DNA of 64,000 nt from Eledone cirrhosa (Eukaryota): contig OZ024743.1 of the NCBI GenBank assembly GCA_964016885.1, positions 131,936,001-132,000,000 of the forward strand, read 5' to 3'. The notes beneath the pieces are model-generated. The model was given only the letters and a program-made list of their open reading frames with translations, did no database searches and was not told the origin of the DNA. The position numbers and the translations under genes were made by a program. The stretch's first letter is position 1. Every line of letters begins with the position of its first letter. Shown here one piece after another: positions 1 through 12,480 of the stretch.

Positions 1-3000
1 GCTTGGTGTTTGGTGCTTGGTGCCTGGTGCTTGGTGTTTGGTGTTTGATGCTTGGTGTTTGGTGTTTGGTGTTTGGTACTTGGTGTTCGGTGCTTGGTGC
101 TTGGTGCTTGGTGCTTGGTGTTTGATGTTTGGTGCTTGGTGCTTGGTGTTTGATGTTTGGTCATTGGTGCTTGGTGTTTGGTGTTGTGTGCTTGGTGCTT
201 GGTGCTTGGTGTTTGGTGCTTGGTGCTTGGTGTTTGGTGCTTGGTGCTTGGTGTTTGATGTTTGGTCCTTGGTGCTTGGTGTTTGGTGTTGTGTGCTTGG
301 TGCATGGTGCTTGATGTTTGGTTCTTGGTGCTTGGTGCTTGGTGTTTGGCGTTTGCTGTTTGCTGTTTGGTGTTTGGTGTTTGCTGTTTGGTGTTTGCTG
401 TTTGGTGTTTGGTGTTTGGTGCTTGCTGTTTGGTGCTTGGTGCTTGGTGTTTGGTGTTAGGTGCTTGGTGTTTGGTGCTTGGTGCTTGGTGCTGAGTGTT
501 TGGTGCTTGGTGCTTGGTGTTTGGTGCTTGGTGATTGGTGCTTGGTGTTTGGTCCTTGGTGCTTGGTGCTTGGTCTTTGGTGCTTGGGTTTTGGTGTTTG
601 GTGCTTGGTGCTTGGTGTTTGGTGCTTGGTGCTTGGTGCTTGGTGCTTGGTGCTTGGTGTTTGGTGCTTGGTGCTTTGTGTTTGGTGCTTGGTGTTTGGT
701 GCTTGCTGCTTGGTGCTTGGTGTTTGGTGCTTGGTGCTTGGTGATTAGTGTTTGGTGATTGTGCTTGGGGTTTGGTGTTTGGGGCTTGGTGTTTGGTGCT
801 TAGTGCTTGCTGTTTGGTGTTTGGTGTTTGGTTCTTGGTGCTTGGTGTTTGGTGTTTGGTGTTTGGTGCTTGGTGCTTGGTGCTTGGTGTTTGGTGCTTG
901 GTGCTTGGTGTTTGGTGCTTGGTGCCTGGTGCTTGTTGTTTGGTGTTTGGTGCTTAGTGCTTGGTGTTTGGTGTTTGGGGCTTGGTGCTTGGTGGCTGGT
1001 GTTTGGTGCTTGGTGTTTGGAGTTTGGTGCTTGGTGCTTGGTGCCTGGTGTTTCGTGCTTGGTGCTTGGTGCTTGGTGCTTGGTGTTTGGTGTTTGGTGT
1101 TTGGTGTTTGGTGTTTGCTGTTTGGTGTCTGCTTTTTGGTGTTTGGTGTTTGCTGTATGGTGTTTGCTGTTTCGTATTTGGTTTTTGCTGTTTGGTGTTT
1201 GGTGTTTGCTGTTTGGTGTTTGGTGTTTGGTGCTTGGTGCTTGGTGCTTGGCTTTGGTGCTTGGTGCTTGGTGTTTGGTGCTTGGTGCTTGGTGTTTGGT
1301 GTTTGGTGCTTGGTGCCTGGTGCTTGTTGTATGGGGTTTGGTGCTTGGTGCTTGGTGTTTGGTGTTTGCTGCTTGGTGTCTGGTGATTGGTGCTTGGTGT
1401 TTGGTGTTTGGTGCTTGGTGCTTGGTGCTTGGTGTTTGGTGTTTGGTGCTTGGTGCTTGGTGTTTGGTGTTTGGTGCTGGGTGCATGGAGTTTGGTGCTT
1501 GGTGCTTAGTGCTTGGTGTTTGGTGCTGCGTGCTTGGTGTTTGGTGTTTGGTGTTTGGTGCCTGGTGCTTGTTGTTTGGTGTTTGGTGCTTAGTGCTTGG
1601 TGTTTGGTGTTTGGTGCTTGGTGCTTGGTGGCTGGTGCTTGGTGCTTGGTGTTTGGAGTTTGGTGCTTGGTGCTTGGTGCCTGGTGTTTCGTGCTTGGTG
1701 CTTGGTGCTTGGTGTTTGGTGTTTGGTGCTTGGTGTTTGGTGTTTGGTGCTTGGTGCTTGGTGTTTGGTGTTTGGTGCTTGGTGTTTGGTGCTTGGTGCT
1801 TGGTGCTGGGTGTTTGGTGCTTGGTGCTTGGTGTTTGGTGCTTGGTGCTTGGTGCTTGGTTTTTGGTCCTTGGTGCTTGGTGCTTGGTCTTTGGTGCTTG
1901 GGTTTTGGTGTTTGGTGCTTGGTGCTTGGTGTTTGGTGCTTGGTGCTTGGTGCTTGGTGCTTGGTGTTTGGTGCTTGGTGCTTGGTGTTTGGTGTTTGGT
2001 GCTGGGTGCATGGAGTTTGGTGCTTGGTGCTTGTGCTTGGTGTTTGGTGTTTGGTGCTTGGTATTTGGTGTTTGGTGTTTGATGCTTGGTGTATGGTGCT
2101 TGGTGCTTGGTGTTTTGTGTTTGGTGCTTGGTGCTTGGTGCCTGGTGCTTGGTGCTTGGTGCTTGTTGTTAGGTGCTTGGTGCTTGGTGATTAGTGTTTG
2201 GTGCTTGGTGCTTGGTGTTTGGTGCTTGGTGTTTGGTGCTTGGTGCCTGGTGCTTGGTGTTTGGTGTTTGATGCTTGGTGTTTGGTGTTTGGTGTTTGGT
2301 ACTTGGTGTTCGGTGCTTGGTGCTTGGTGCTTGGTGCTTGGTGTTTGGTGTTTGGTGCTTGGTGCTTGGTGTTTGATGTTTGGTCCTTGGTGCTTGGTGT
2401 TTGGTGTTGTGTGCTTGGTGCATGGTGCTTGATGTTTGGTGCTTGGTGCTTGGTGCTTGGTGTTTGGCGTTTGCTGTTTGCTGTTTGGTGTTTGGTGTTT
2501 GCTGTTTGGTGTTTGCTGTTTGGTGTTTGGTGTTTGGTGCTTGCTGTTTGGTGCTTGGTGCTTGGTGTTTGGTGTTAGGTGCTTGGTGTTTGGTGCTTGG
2601 TGCTTGGTGCTGAGTGTTTGGTGCTTGGTGCTTGGTGTTTGGTGCTTGGTGATTGGTGCTTGGTGTTTGGTCCTTGGTGCTTGGTGCTTGGTCTTTGGTG
2701 CTTGGGTTTTGGTGTTTGGTGCTTGGTGCTTGGTGTTTGGTGCTTGGTGCTTGGTGCTTGGTGCTTGGTGTTTGGTGCTTGCTGCTTGGTGCTTGGTGTT
2801 TGGTGCTTGGTGCTTGGTGATTAGTGTTTGGTGATTGTGCTTGGGGTTTGGTGTTTGGGGCTTGGTGTTTGGTGCTTAGTGCTTGCTGTTTGGTGTTTGG
2901 TGTTTGGTTCTTGGTGCTTGGTGTTTGGTGTTTGGTGTTTGGTGCTTGGTGCTTGGTGCTTGGTGTTTGGTGCTTGGTGCTTGGTGTTTGGTGCTTGGTG

Positions 3001-3640
3001 CCTGGTGCTTGTTGTTTGGTGTTTGGTGCTTAGTGCTTGGTGTTTGGTGTTTGGTGCTTGGTGCTTGGTGGCTGGTGTTTGGTGCTTGGTGTTTGGAGTT
3101 TGGTGCTTGGTGCTTGGTGCCTGGTGTTTCGTGCTTGGTGCTTGGTGCTTGGTGCTTGGTGTTTGGTGTTTGGTGTTTGGTGTTTGGTGTTTGCTGTTTG
3201 GTGTCTGCTTTTTGGTGTTTGGTGTTTGCTGTATGGTGTTTGCTGTTTCGTATTTGGTTTTTGCTGTTTGGTGTTTGGTGTTTGCTGTTTGGTGTTTGGT
3301 GTTTGGTGCTTGGTGCCTGGTGCTTGTTGTATGGTGTTTGGTGCTTGGTGCTTGGTGTTTGGTGTTTGCTGCTTGGTGTCTGGTGTTTGGTGCTTGGTGT
3401 TTGGTGTTTGGTGCTTGGTGCTTGGTGCTTGGTGTTTGGTGTTTGGTGCTTGGTGCTTGGTGTTTGGTGTTTGGTGCTGGGTGCATGGAGTTTGGTGCTT
3501 GGTGCTTAGTGCTTGGTGTTTGGTGTTTGGTGCTTGGTATTTGGTGTTTGGTGTTTGATGCTTGGTGCGTGGTGCTTGGTGCTTGGTGTTTTGTGTTTGG
3601 TGCTTGGTGCTTGGTGCCTGGTGCTTGGTGCTTGGTGATT
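1..3640. repeat. Diverged ~2.1-kb higher-order duplication (about 1-1520 recurs at about 2230-3520)
   Basis: Rare variants recur in the same order, e.g. TTGGTGA-TTAGTGT-TTGGTGA-TTGTGC at 738 and 2814 (offset 2076). Identical ORFs start at 748 and 2824, and homologous ORF ends lie at 460 and 2578 (offset 2118). The offsets differ by whole monomers (42 bp). Confidence 0.8.
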
Positions 3641-5639
3641 AGTGTTTGGTGCTTGGTGCTTGGTGTTTGGTGCTTGGTGTTTGGTGCTTGGTGCTTGGTG
3701 CTTGGTGTTTGGTGTTTGATGCTTGGTGTTTGGTGTTTGGTGTTTGGTACTTGGTGTTCGGTGCTTGGTGCTTGGTGCTTGGTGCTTGGTGTTTGGTGTT
3801 TGGTGCTTGGTGCTTGGTGTTTGATGTTTGGTCCTTGGTGCTTGGTGTTTGGTGTTGTGTGCTTGGTGCTTGGTGCTTGGTGTTTGGTGCTTGGTGCTTG
3901 GTGCTTGGTGTTTGGCGTTTGCTGTTTGCTGTTTGGTGTTTGGTGTTTGCTGTTTGGTGTTTGCTGTTTGGTGCTTGGTGCTTGGTGTTTGGTGTTTGGT
4001 GCTTGGTGTTTGGTGCTTGGTGCTTGGTGCTGAGTGTTTGGTGCTTGGTGCTTGGTGTTTGGTGCTTGGTGATTGGTGCTTGGTGTTTGGTCCTTGGTGC
4101 TTGGTGCTTGGTCTTTGGTGCTTGGGTTTTGGTGTTTGGTGCTTGGTGCTTGGTGTTTGGTGCTTGGTGTTTGGTGCTTGGTGCTTGGTTATTAGTGTTT
4201 GGTGATTGGTGCTTGGGGTTTGGTGTTTGGGGCTTGGTGTTTGGTGCTTAGTGCTTGCTGTTTGGTGTTTGGTGTTTGGTTCTTGGTGCTTGGTGTTTGG
4301 TGTTTGGTGTTTGGTGCTTGGTGCTTGGTGCTTGGTGTTTGGTGCTTGGTGCTTGGTGCTTGGTGTTTGGTGCTGCGTGTTTGGTGTTTGGTGTTTGGTG
4401 CTTGGTGCCTGGTGCTTGTTGTTTGGTGTTTGGTGCTTAGTGCTTGGTGTTTGGGGTTTGGTGCTTGGTGCTTGGTGGCTGGTGTTTGGTGCTTGGTGTT
4501 TGGAGTTTGGTGCTTGGTGCTTGGTGCCTGGTGTTTCGTGCTTGGTGCTTGGTGCTTGGTGTTTGATGTTTGGTGCTTGGTGTTTGGTGTTTGGTACTTG
4601 GTGCTTGGTGCTTGGTGCTTGGTGTTTGGTGCTTGGTGTTTGATGCTGCGTGCTTGGTGTTTGGTGTTTGGTGCTTGGTGCTTGGTGTTTGGTGTTTGGA
4701 GCTTGGTGCCTGGTGCTTGTTGTTTGGTGTTTGGCGCTTGGTGCTTGGTGTTTGGTGTTTGGCGCTTGGTGCTTGGTGTTTGGTGTTTGGTGCTTGGTGC
4801 TTGGTGCTTGGTATCTGGTGTTTGGTGCTTGATGTTTGGTGTTTGGTGCTTGGTGTTTGGTGTTTGGTGCTTGGTGTTTGGTGCTTGGTGTTTGGTGTTT
4901 GGTGTTTGATGCTTGGTGTTTGCTGCTTGGTGCTTGGTGCTTGGTGTTTTGTGTTTGGTGCTTGGTGCTTGGTGCCTGGTGCCCTGGTGCTTGGTGCTTG
5001 TTGTTTGGTTCTTGGTGCTTGGTGATTAGTGTTTGGTGCTTGGTGCTTGCTGATTGGTGTTTGGTGTTCGGTTCTTGGTGCTTGGTGTATGGTGTTTAGT
5101 GTCTGGTGCTTGGTGCTTGGTGCTTGGTGTTTGGTGCTTGGTGCTTGGTGCTTGGTGTTTGGTGCTGCGTGCTTGGTGTTTGGTGTTTGGTGTTTGGTGC
5201 CTGGTGCTTGTTGTTTGGTGTTTGGTGCTTAGTGCTTGGTGTTTGGTGTTTGGTGCTTGGTGCTTGGTGGCTGGTGCTTGGTGCTTGGTGTTTGGAGTTT
5301 GGTGCTTGGTGCTTGGTGCCTGGTGTTTCGTGCTTGGTGCTTGGTGCTTGGTGTTTGGTGTTTGGTGCTTGGTGTTTGGTGTTTGGTGCTTGGTGCTTGG
5401 TGTTTGGTGTTTGGTGCTTGGTGTTTGGTGCTTGGTGCTTGGTGCTGGGTGTTTGGTGCTTGGTGCTTGGTGTTTGGTGCTTGGTGCTTGGTGCTTGGTT
5501 TTTGGTCCTTGGTGCTTGGTGCTTGGTCTTTGGTGCTTGGGTTTTGGTGTTTGGTGCTTGGTGCTTGGTGTTTGGTGCTTGGTGCTTGGTGCTTGGTGCT
5601 TGGTGTTTGGTGCTTGGTGCTTGGTGTTTGGTGTTTGGT

Positions 5640-8600
5640 GCTGGGTGCATGGAGTTTGGTGCTTGGTGCTTGTGCTTGGTGTTTGGTGTTTGGTGCTTGG
5701 TATTTGGTGTTTGGTGTTTGATGCTTGGTTTGTGGTGCTTGGTGCTTGGTGTTTTGTGTTTGGTGCTTTGTGCTTGGTGTTTGATGTTTGGTCCTTGGTG
5801 CTTGGTGTTTGGTGATTGGTGCTTGGTGCCTGGTGCTTGGTGCTTGGTGCTTGTTGTTTGGTGCTTGGTGCTTGGTGATTAGTGTTTGGTGCTTGGTGCT
5901 TGGTGTTTGGTGCTTGGTGTTTGGTTCTTGGTGCCTGGTGCTTGGTGTTTGGTGTTTGATGCTTGGTGTTTGGTGTTTGGTGTTTGGTACTTGGTGTTCG
6001 GTGCTTGGTGCTTGGTGCTTGGTGCTTGGTGTATGGTGTTTGGTGCTTGGTGCTTGGTGTTTGATGTTTGGTCCATGGTGCTTGGTGTTTGGTGTTGTGT
6101 GCTTGGTGCTTGGTGCTTGATGTTTGGTGCTTGGTGCTTGGTGCTTGGTGTTTGGCGTTTGCTGTTTGCTGTTTGGTGTTTGGTGTTTGCTGTTTGGTGT
6201 TTGCTGTTTGGTGTTTGGTGCTTGCTGTTTGGTGCTTGGTGCTTGGTGTTTGGTGTTAGGTGCTTGGTGTTTGGTGCTTGGTGCTTGGTGCTGAGTGTTT
6301 GGTGCTTGGTGCTTGGTGTTTGGTGTTAGGTGCTTGGTGCTTGGTGTTTGGTGCTTGGTGCTTGGTGCTTGGTGCTTGGTGTTTGGTGCTTGCTGCTTGG
6401 TGCTTGGTGTTTGGTGCTTGGTGCTTGGTGATTAGTGTTTGGTGATTGGTGCTTGGGGTTTGGTGTTTGGGGCTTGGTGTTTGGTGCTTAGTGCTTGCTG
6501 TTTGGTGTTTGGTGTTTGGTTCTTGGTGCTTGGTGTTTGGTGTTTGGTGTTTGGTGCTTGGTGCTTGGTGCTTGGTGTTTGGTGCTTGGTGCTTGGTGTT
6601 TGGTGCTTGGTGCCTGGTGCTTGTTGTTTGGTGTTTGGTGCTTAGTGGTTGGTGTTTGGTGTTTGGTGCTTGGTGTTTGGTGGCTGGTGTTTGGTGCTTG
6701 GTGTTTGGAGTTTGGGGCTTGGTGCTTGGTGCCTGGTGTTTCGTGCTTGGTGCTTGGTGCTTGGTGTTTGGTGTTTGGTGCTTGGTGTTTGGTGTTTGGT
6801 ACTTGGTGCTTGGTGCTTGGTGCTTGGTGTTTGGTGCTTGGTGTTTGATGCTGCGTGCTTGGTGTTTGGTGTTTGGTGCTTGGTGCTTGGTGTTTGGTGT
6901 TTGGAGCTTGGTGCCTGGTGCTTGTTGCTTGGTGTTTGGCGCTTGGTGCTTGGTGCCTGGTGTTTCGTGCTTGGTGCTTGGTGCTTGGTGTTTGATGTTT
7001 GGTGCTTGGTGTTTGGTGTTTGGTACTTGGTGCTTGGTGCTTGGTGCTTGGTGTTTGGTGCTTGGTGTTTGATGCTGCGTGCTTGGTGTTTGGTGTTTGG
7101 TGCTTGGTGCTTGGTGTTTGGTGTTTGGAGCTTGGTGCCTGGTGCTTGTTGCTTGGTGTTTGGCGCTTGGTGCTTGGTGTTTGGTGTTTGGTACTTGGTG
7201 CTTGGTGCTTGGTATCTGGTGTTTGGTGCTTGATGTTTGGTGTTTGGTGCTTGGTGTTTGGTGTTTGGTGCTTGGTGCTTGGTGTTTGGTGCTTGGTGCT
7301 TGGTGTTTTGTGTTTGGTGCTTGGTGCTTGGTGCCTGGTGCTTGGTGCTTGGTGCTTGTTGTTTGGTGCTTGGTGCTTGGTGATTAGTGTTTGGTGCTTG
7401 GTGCTTGCGGTTTGGTGTTTGGTGCTTGGGGTTTGGTGCTTGGTGCTTGGTGCTTGGTGTTTGGTGCTTGGTGCTTGGTGTTTGGTGCTTGGTGCCTGGT
7501 GTTTGGTGTTTGGCGTTTGCTGTTTGCTGTTTGGTGTTTGGTGCTTGCTGTTTGGTGCTTGGTGCATGGTGTTTGGTGTTTGGTGTTTTGTGCTTGGTGC
7601 TTGGTGTTTGGTGCTTGGTGCTTGGTGCTGGGTGTTTGGTGCTTGGTGCTTGGTGTTTGGTGCTTGGTGCTTGGTGCTTGGTGTTTGGTCCTTGGTGCTT
7701 GGTGCTTGGTATTTGGTGCTTGGGTTTTGGTGTTTGGTGCTTGGTGCTTGGTGTTTGGTGCTTGGTTCTTGGTGCTTGGTGCTTGGTGTTTGGTGATTGC
7801 TGCTTGGTGCTTGGTGTTTGGTACTTGGTGCTTGGTGATTAGTGTTTGGTGATTGGTGCTTGGGGTTTGCTGTTTGGTGCTTGGTGTTTGGTGCTTGGTG
7901 CTTGCTGTTAGGTGTTTGGTATTTGGTTCTTGGTGCTTGGTGTTTGGTGTTTGGTGTCTGGTGCTTGGTGCTTGCTGCTTGGTGTTTGGTGCTTGGTGCT
8001 TGGTGCTTGGTGTTTGGTGCTTGGTGCCTGGTGCTTGTTGTTTGGTGTTTGGTGCTTAGTGCTTGGTGTTTGGTGTTTGGTGCTTGGTGCTTGGTGGCTG
8101 GTGCTTGGTGCTTGGTGTTTGGAGTTTGGTGCTTGGTGCTTGGTGCCTGGTGTTTCGTGCTTGGTGCTTGGTGCTTGGTGTTTGGTGTTTGGTGATTGGT
8201 GTTTGGTGTTTGGTGCTGGGTGCATGGAGTTTGGTGCTTGGTGCTTAGTGCTTGGTGTTTGGTGTTTGGTACTTGGTATTTGATGCTTGGTGTGTGGTGC
8301 TTGGTGCTTGGTGTTTTGTGTTTGGTGCTTGGTGCTTGGTGCCTGGTGCTTGGTGCTTGGTGCTTGTTGTTTGGTGCTTGGTGCTTGATGATTAGTGTTT
8401 GGTGCTTGGTGCTTGGTGTTTGGTGCTTGGTGTTTGGTGCTTGGTGCCTGGTGCTTGGTGTTTGGTGTTTGGTGCTTGGTGTTTGGTGCTTGGTGTTTGG
8501 TACTTGGTGTTCGGTGCTTGGTGCTTGGTGCTTGGTGTTTGATGTTTGGTCCGTGGTGCTTGGTGTTTGGTGTTGTGTGCTTGGTGCTAGGTGCTTGCTG

Positions 8601-11600
8601 TTTGGTTTTTGGTGCTTGGTGTTTGGTGTTTGCTGTTTGGTGTTTGCTGTTTGGTGTTTGGTGTTTGGTGCTTGCTGTTTGGTGCTTGGTGCTTGTTGTT
8701 TGGTGCTTGGTGCTTGGTGATAAGTGTTTGGTGCTTGGTGCTTGCGGTTTGGTGTTTGGTGCTTGGGGTTTGGTGTTTGGTGCTTGGTGCTTGGTGTTTG
8801 GTGCTTGGTGCTTGGTGCTTGGTGTTTGGTGCTTGGTGCTTGGTGTTTGGTGCTTGGTGCTTGGTGTTTGGTGTTTGGCGTTTGCTGTTTGCTGTTTGGT
8901 GTTTGGTGCTTGCTGTTTGGTGCTTGGTGCTTGGTGCTTGGTGCTGGGTGTTTGGTGCTTGGTGCTTGGTGTTTGGTGCTTGGTGCTTGGTGCTTGGTGT
9001 TTGGTCCTTGGTGCTTGGTGTTTGGTGCTTGGTTCTTGGTGCTTGGTGCGTGGTGTTTGGTGATTGCTGCTTGGTGCTTGGTGTTTGGTGCTTGGTGCTT
9101 GGTGATTAGTGTTTGGTGATTGGTGCTTGGTGTTTGGTGTTTGGTGCTTTGTGCTTGGTGCTTGGTATCTGGTGTTTGGTGCTTGATGTTTGGTGTTTGG
9201 TGCTTGGTGTTTGGTGTTTGGTGCTTGGTGCTTGGTGTTTGGTGCTTGGTGCTTGCTGTTTGGTGTTTGGTGTTTGGTTCTTGGTGCTTGGTGTTTGGTG
9301 TTTGGTGTCTGGTGCTTGGTGCTTGGTGCTTGGTGTTTGGTGCTTGGTGCTTGGTGCTTGGTGTTTGGTGCTGCGTGCTTGGTGTTTGGTGTTTGGTGCT
9401 TGGTGCCTGGTGCTTGTTGTTTTGTGTTTGGTGCTTGGTGCTTGGTGTTTGGTGTTTGGTGCTGGGTGCATGGAGTTTAGTGCTTGGTGCTTGTGCTTGG
9501 TGTTTGGTGTTTGGTGCTTGGTATTTGGTGTTTGGTGTTTGATGCTTGGTGTGTGGTGCTTGGTGCTTGGTGTTTTGTGTTTGGTGCTTGGTGCTTGGTG
9601 CCTGGTGCTTGGTTCTTGGTGCTTGTTGTTTGGTGCTTGGTGCTTGGTGATTAGTGTTTGGTGCTTGGTGCTTGGTGTTTGGTGCTTGGTGTTTGGTGCT
9701 TGGTGCCTGGTGCTTGGTGTTTGGTGTTTGATGCTTGGTGTTTGGTGTTTGGTGTTTGGTACTTGGTGTTCGGTGCTTGGTGCTTGGTGCTTGGTGCTTG
9801 GTGTTTGGTGTTTGGTGCTTGGTGCTTGGTGTTTGATGTTTGGTCCTTGGTGCTTGGTGTTTGGTGTTGTGTGCTTGGTGCTTGGTGCTTGATGTTTGGT
9901 GCTTGGTGCTTGGCGCTTGGTGTTTGGCGTTTGCTGTTTGCTGTTTGGTGTTTGGTGTTTGCTGTTTGGTGTTTGCTGTTTGGTGTTTGGTGTTTGGTGC
10001 TTGCTGTTTGGTGCTTGGTGCTTGGTGTTTGGTGTTAGGTGCTTGGTGTTTGGTGCTTGGTGATTGGTGCTTGGTGTTTGGTCCTTGGTGCTTGGTGCTT
10101 GGTCTTTTGTGCTTGGGTTTTGGTGTTAGGTGCTTGGTGCTTGGTGTTTGGTGTTTGGTGCTTGGTGCTTGGTGCTTGGTGTTTGGTGCTTGCTGCTTGG
10201 TGCTTGGTGTTTGGTGCTTGGTGCTTGGTGATTAGTGTTTGGTGATTGGTGCTTGGGGTTTGGTGTTTGGGGCTTGGTGTTTGGTGCTTAGTGCTTGCTG
10301 TTTGGTGTTTGGTGTTTGGTTCTTGGTGCTTGGTGTTTGGTGTTTGGTGTTTGGTGCTTGGTGCTTGGTGCTTGGTGTTTGGTGCTTGGTGCTTGGTGTT
10401 TGGTGCTTGGTGCCTGGTGCTTGTTGTTTGGTGTTTGGTGCTTAGTGCTTGGTGTTTGGTGTTTCGTGCTTGGTGCTTGGTGGCTGGTGTTTGGTGCTTG
10501 GTGTTTGGAGTTTGGTGCTTGGTGCTTGGTGCCTGGTGTTTCGTGCTTGGTGCTTGGTGCTTGGTGTTTGGTGTTTGGTGCTTGGTGTTTGGTGTTTGGT
10601 ACTTGGTGCTTGGTGCTTGGTGCTTGGTGTTTGGTGCTTGGTGTTTGATGCTGCGTGCTTGGTGTTTGGTGTTTGGTGCTTGGTGCTTGGTGTTTGGTGT
10701 TTGGAGCTTGGTGCCTGGTGCTTGTTGCTTGGTGTTTGGCGCTTGGTGCTTGGTTCCTGGTGTTTCGTGCTTGGTGCTTGGTGCTTGGTGTTTGGTGTTT
10801 GGTGCTTGGTGTTTGGTGTTTGGTACTTGGTGCTTGGTGCTTGGTGCTTGGTGTTTGGTGTTTGGTGTTTGATGCTGCGTGCTTGGTGTTTGGTGTTTGG
10901 TGCTTGGTGCTTGGTGTTTGGTGTTTGGAGCTTGGTGCCTGGTGCTTGTTGCTTGGTGTTTGGCGCTTGGTGCTTGGTGTTTGGTGTTTGGTGCTTGGTG
11001 CTTGGTGCTTGGTATCTGGTGTTTGGTGCTTGATGTTTGGTGTTTGGTGCTTGGTGTTTGGTGTTTGGTGCTTGGTGCTTGGTGTTTGGTGCTTGGTGCT
11101 TGGTGTTTTGTGTTTGGTGCTTGGTGCTTGGTGCCTGGTGCTTGGTGCTTGGTGCTTGTTGTTTGGTGCTTGGTGCTTGATGATTAGTGTTTGGTGCTTG
11201 GTGCTTGCGGTTTGGTGCTTGGTGCTTGGTGCTTGGTGTTTGGTACTTGGTGCTTGGTGTTTGGTGCTTGGTGCCTGGTGTTTGGTGTTTGGCGTTTGCT
11301 GTTTGCTGTTTGGTGTTTGGTGCATGCTGTTTGGTGCTTGGTGCATGGTGTTTGGTGTTTGGTGTTTTGTGCTTGGTGCTTGGTGTTTGGTGCTTGGTGC
11401 TTGGTGCTGGGTGTTTGGTGCTTGGTGCTTGGTGTTTGGTGCTTGGTGCTTGGTGCTTGGTGTTTGGTCCTTGGTGCTTGGTGCTTGGTATTTGGTGCTT
11501 GGGTTTTGGTGTTTGGTGCTTGGTGCTTGGTGTTTGGTGCTTGGTCTTGGTGCTTGGTGCTTGGTGTTTGGTGATTGCTGCTTGGTGCTTGGTGTTTGGT

Positions 11601-12480
11601 ACTTGGTGCTTGGTGATTAGTGTTTGGTGATTGGTGCTTGGGGTTTGCTGTTTGGTGCTTGGTGTTTGGTGCTTGGTACTTGCTGTTAGGTGTTTGGTGT
11701 TTGGTTCTTGGTGTTTGGTGTCTGGTGCTTGGTGCTTGGTGCTTGGTGTTTGGTGCTTGGTGCTTGGTGCTTGGTGTTTGGTGCTGCGTGCTTGGTGTTT
11801 GGTGTTTGGTGCTTGGTGCCTGGTGCTTGTTGTTTGGTGTTTGGTGCTTAGTGCTTGGTGTTTGGTGTTTGGTGCTTGGTGCTTGGTGGCTGGTGCTTGG
11901 TGCTTGGTGTTTGGAGTTTGGTGCTTGGTGCTTGGTGCCTGGTGTTTCGTGCTTGGTGCTTGGTGCTTGGTGTTTGGTGTTTGGGGATTGGTGTTTGGTG
12001 TTTGGTGCTGGGTGCATGGAGTTTGGTGCTTGGTGCTTAGTGCTTGGTGTTTGGTGTTTGGTGCTTGGTATTTGATGCTTGGTGTGTGGTGCTTGGTGCT
12101 TGGTGTTTTGTGTTTGGTGCTTGGTGCTTGGTGCCTGGTGCTTGGTGCTTGGTGCTTGTTGTTTGGTGCTTGGTGCTTGATGATTAGTGTTTGGTGCTTG
12201 GTGCTTGGTGTTTGGTGCTTGGTGTTTGGTGCTTGGTGCCTGGTGCTTGGTGTTTGGTGTTTGGTGCTTGGTGTTTGGTGCTTGGTGTTTGGTACTTGGT
12301 GTTCGGTGCTTGGTGCTTGGTGCTTGGTGTTTGATGTTTGGTCCGTGGTGCTTGGTGTTTGGTGTTGTGTGCTTGGTGCTTGGTGCTTGCTGTTTGGTTT
12401 TTGGTGCTTGGTGTTTGGTGTTTGCTGTTTGGTGTTTGCTGTTTGGTGTTTGGTGTTTGGTGCTGGCTGTTTGGTGCTTG
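5640..12480. repeat. ~3.8-kb-offset duplication (about 5640-8690 vs about 9460-12480)
   Basis: Landmarks pair at 6425/10225 and 7377/11177 (offset 3800), 7832/11610 (3778) and 8385/12177 (3792). TTGGTCC-GTGGTGC occurs at 8546/12338. Identical ORFs: 6439..6645 and 10239..10445. Confidence 0.85.
6720..7200. repeat. 224-bp (32-monomer) local tandem duplication, also present at about 10520-11000
   Basis: CTGGTGT-TTCGTGC at 6733 and 6957; TTGATGC-TGCGTGC at 6845 and 7069. ORF ends at 6848/7072 and 10648/10872 are both 224 apart. Confidence 0.85.
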
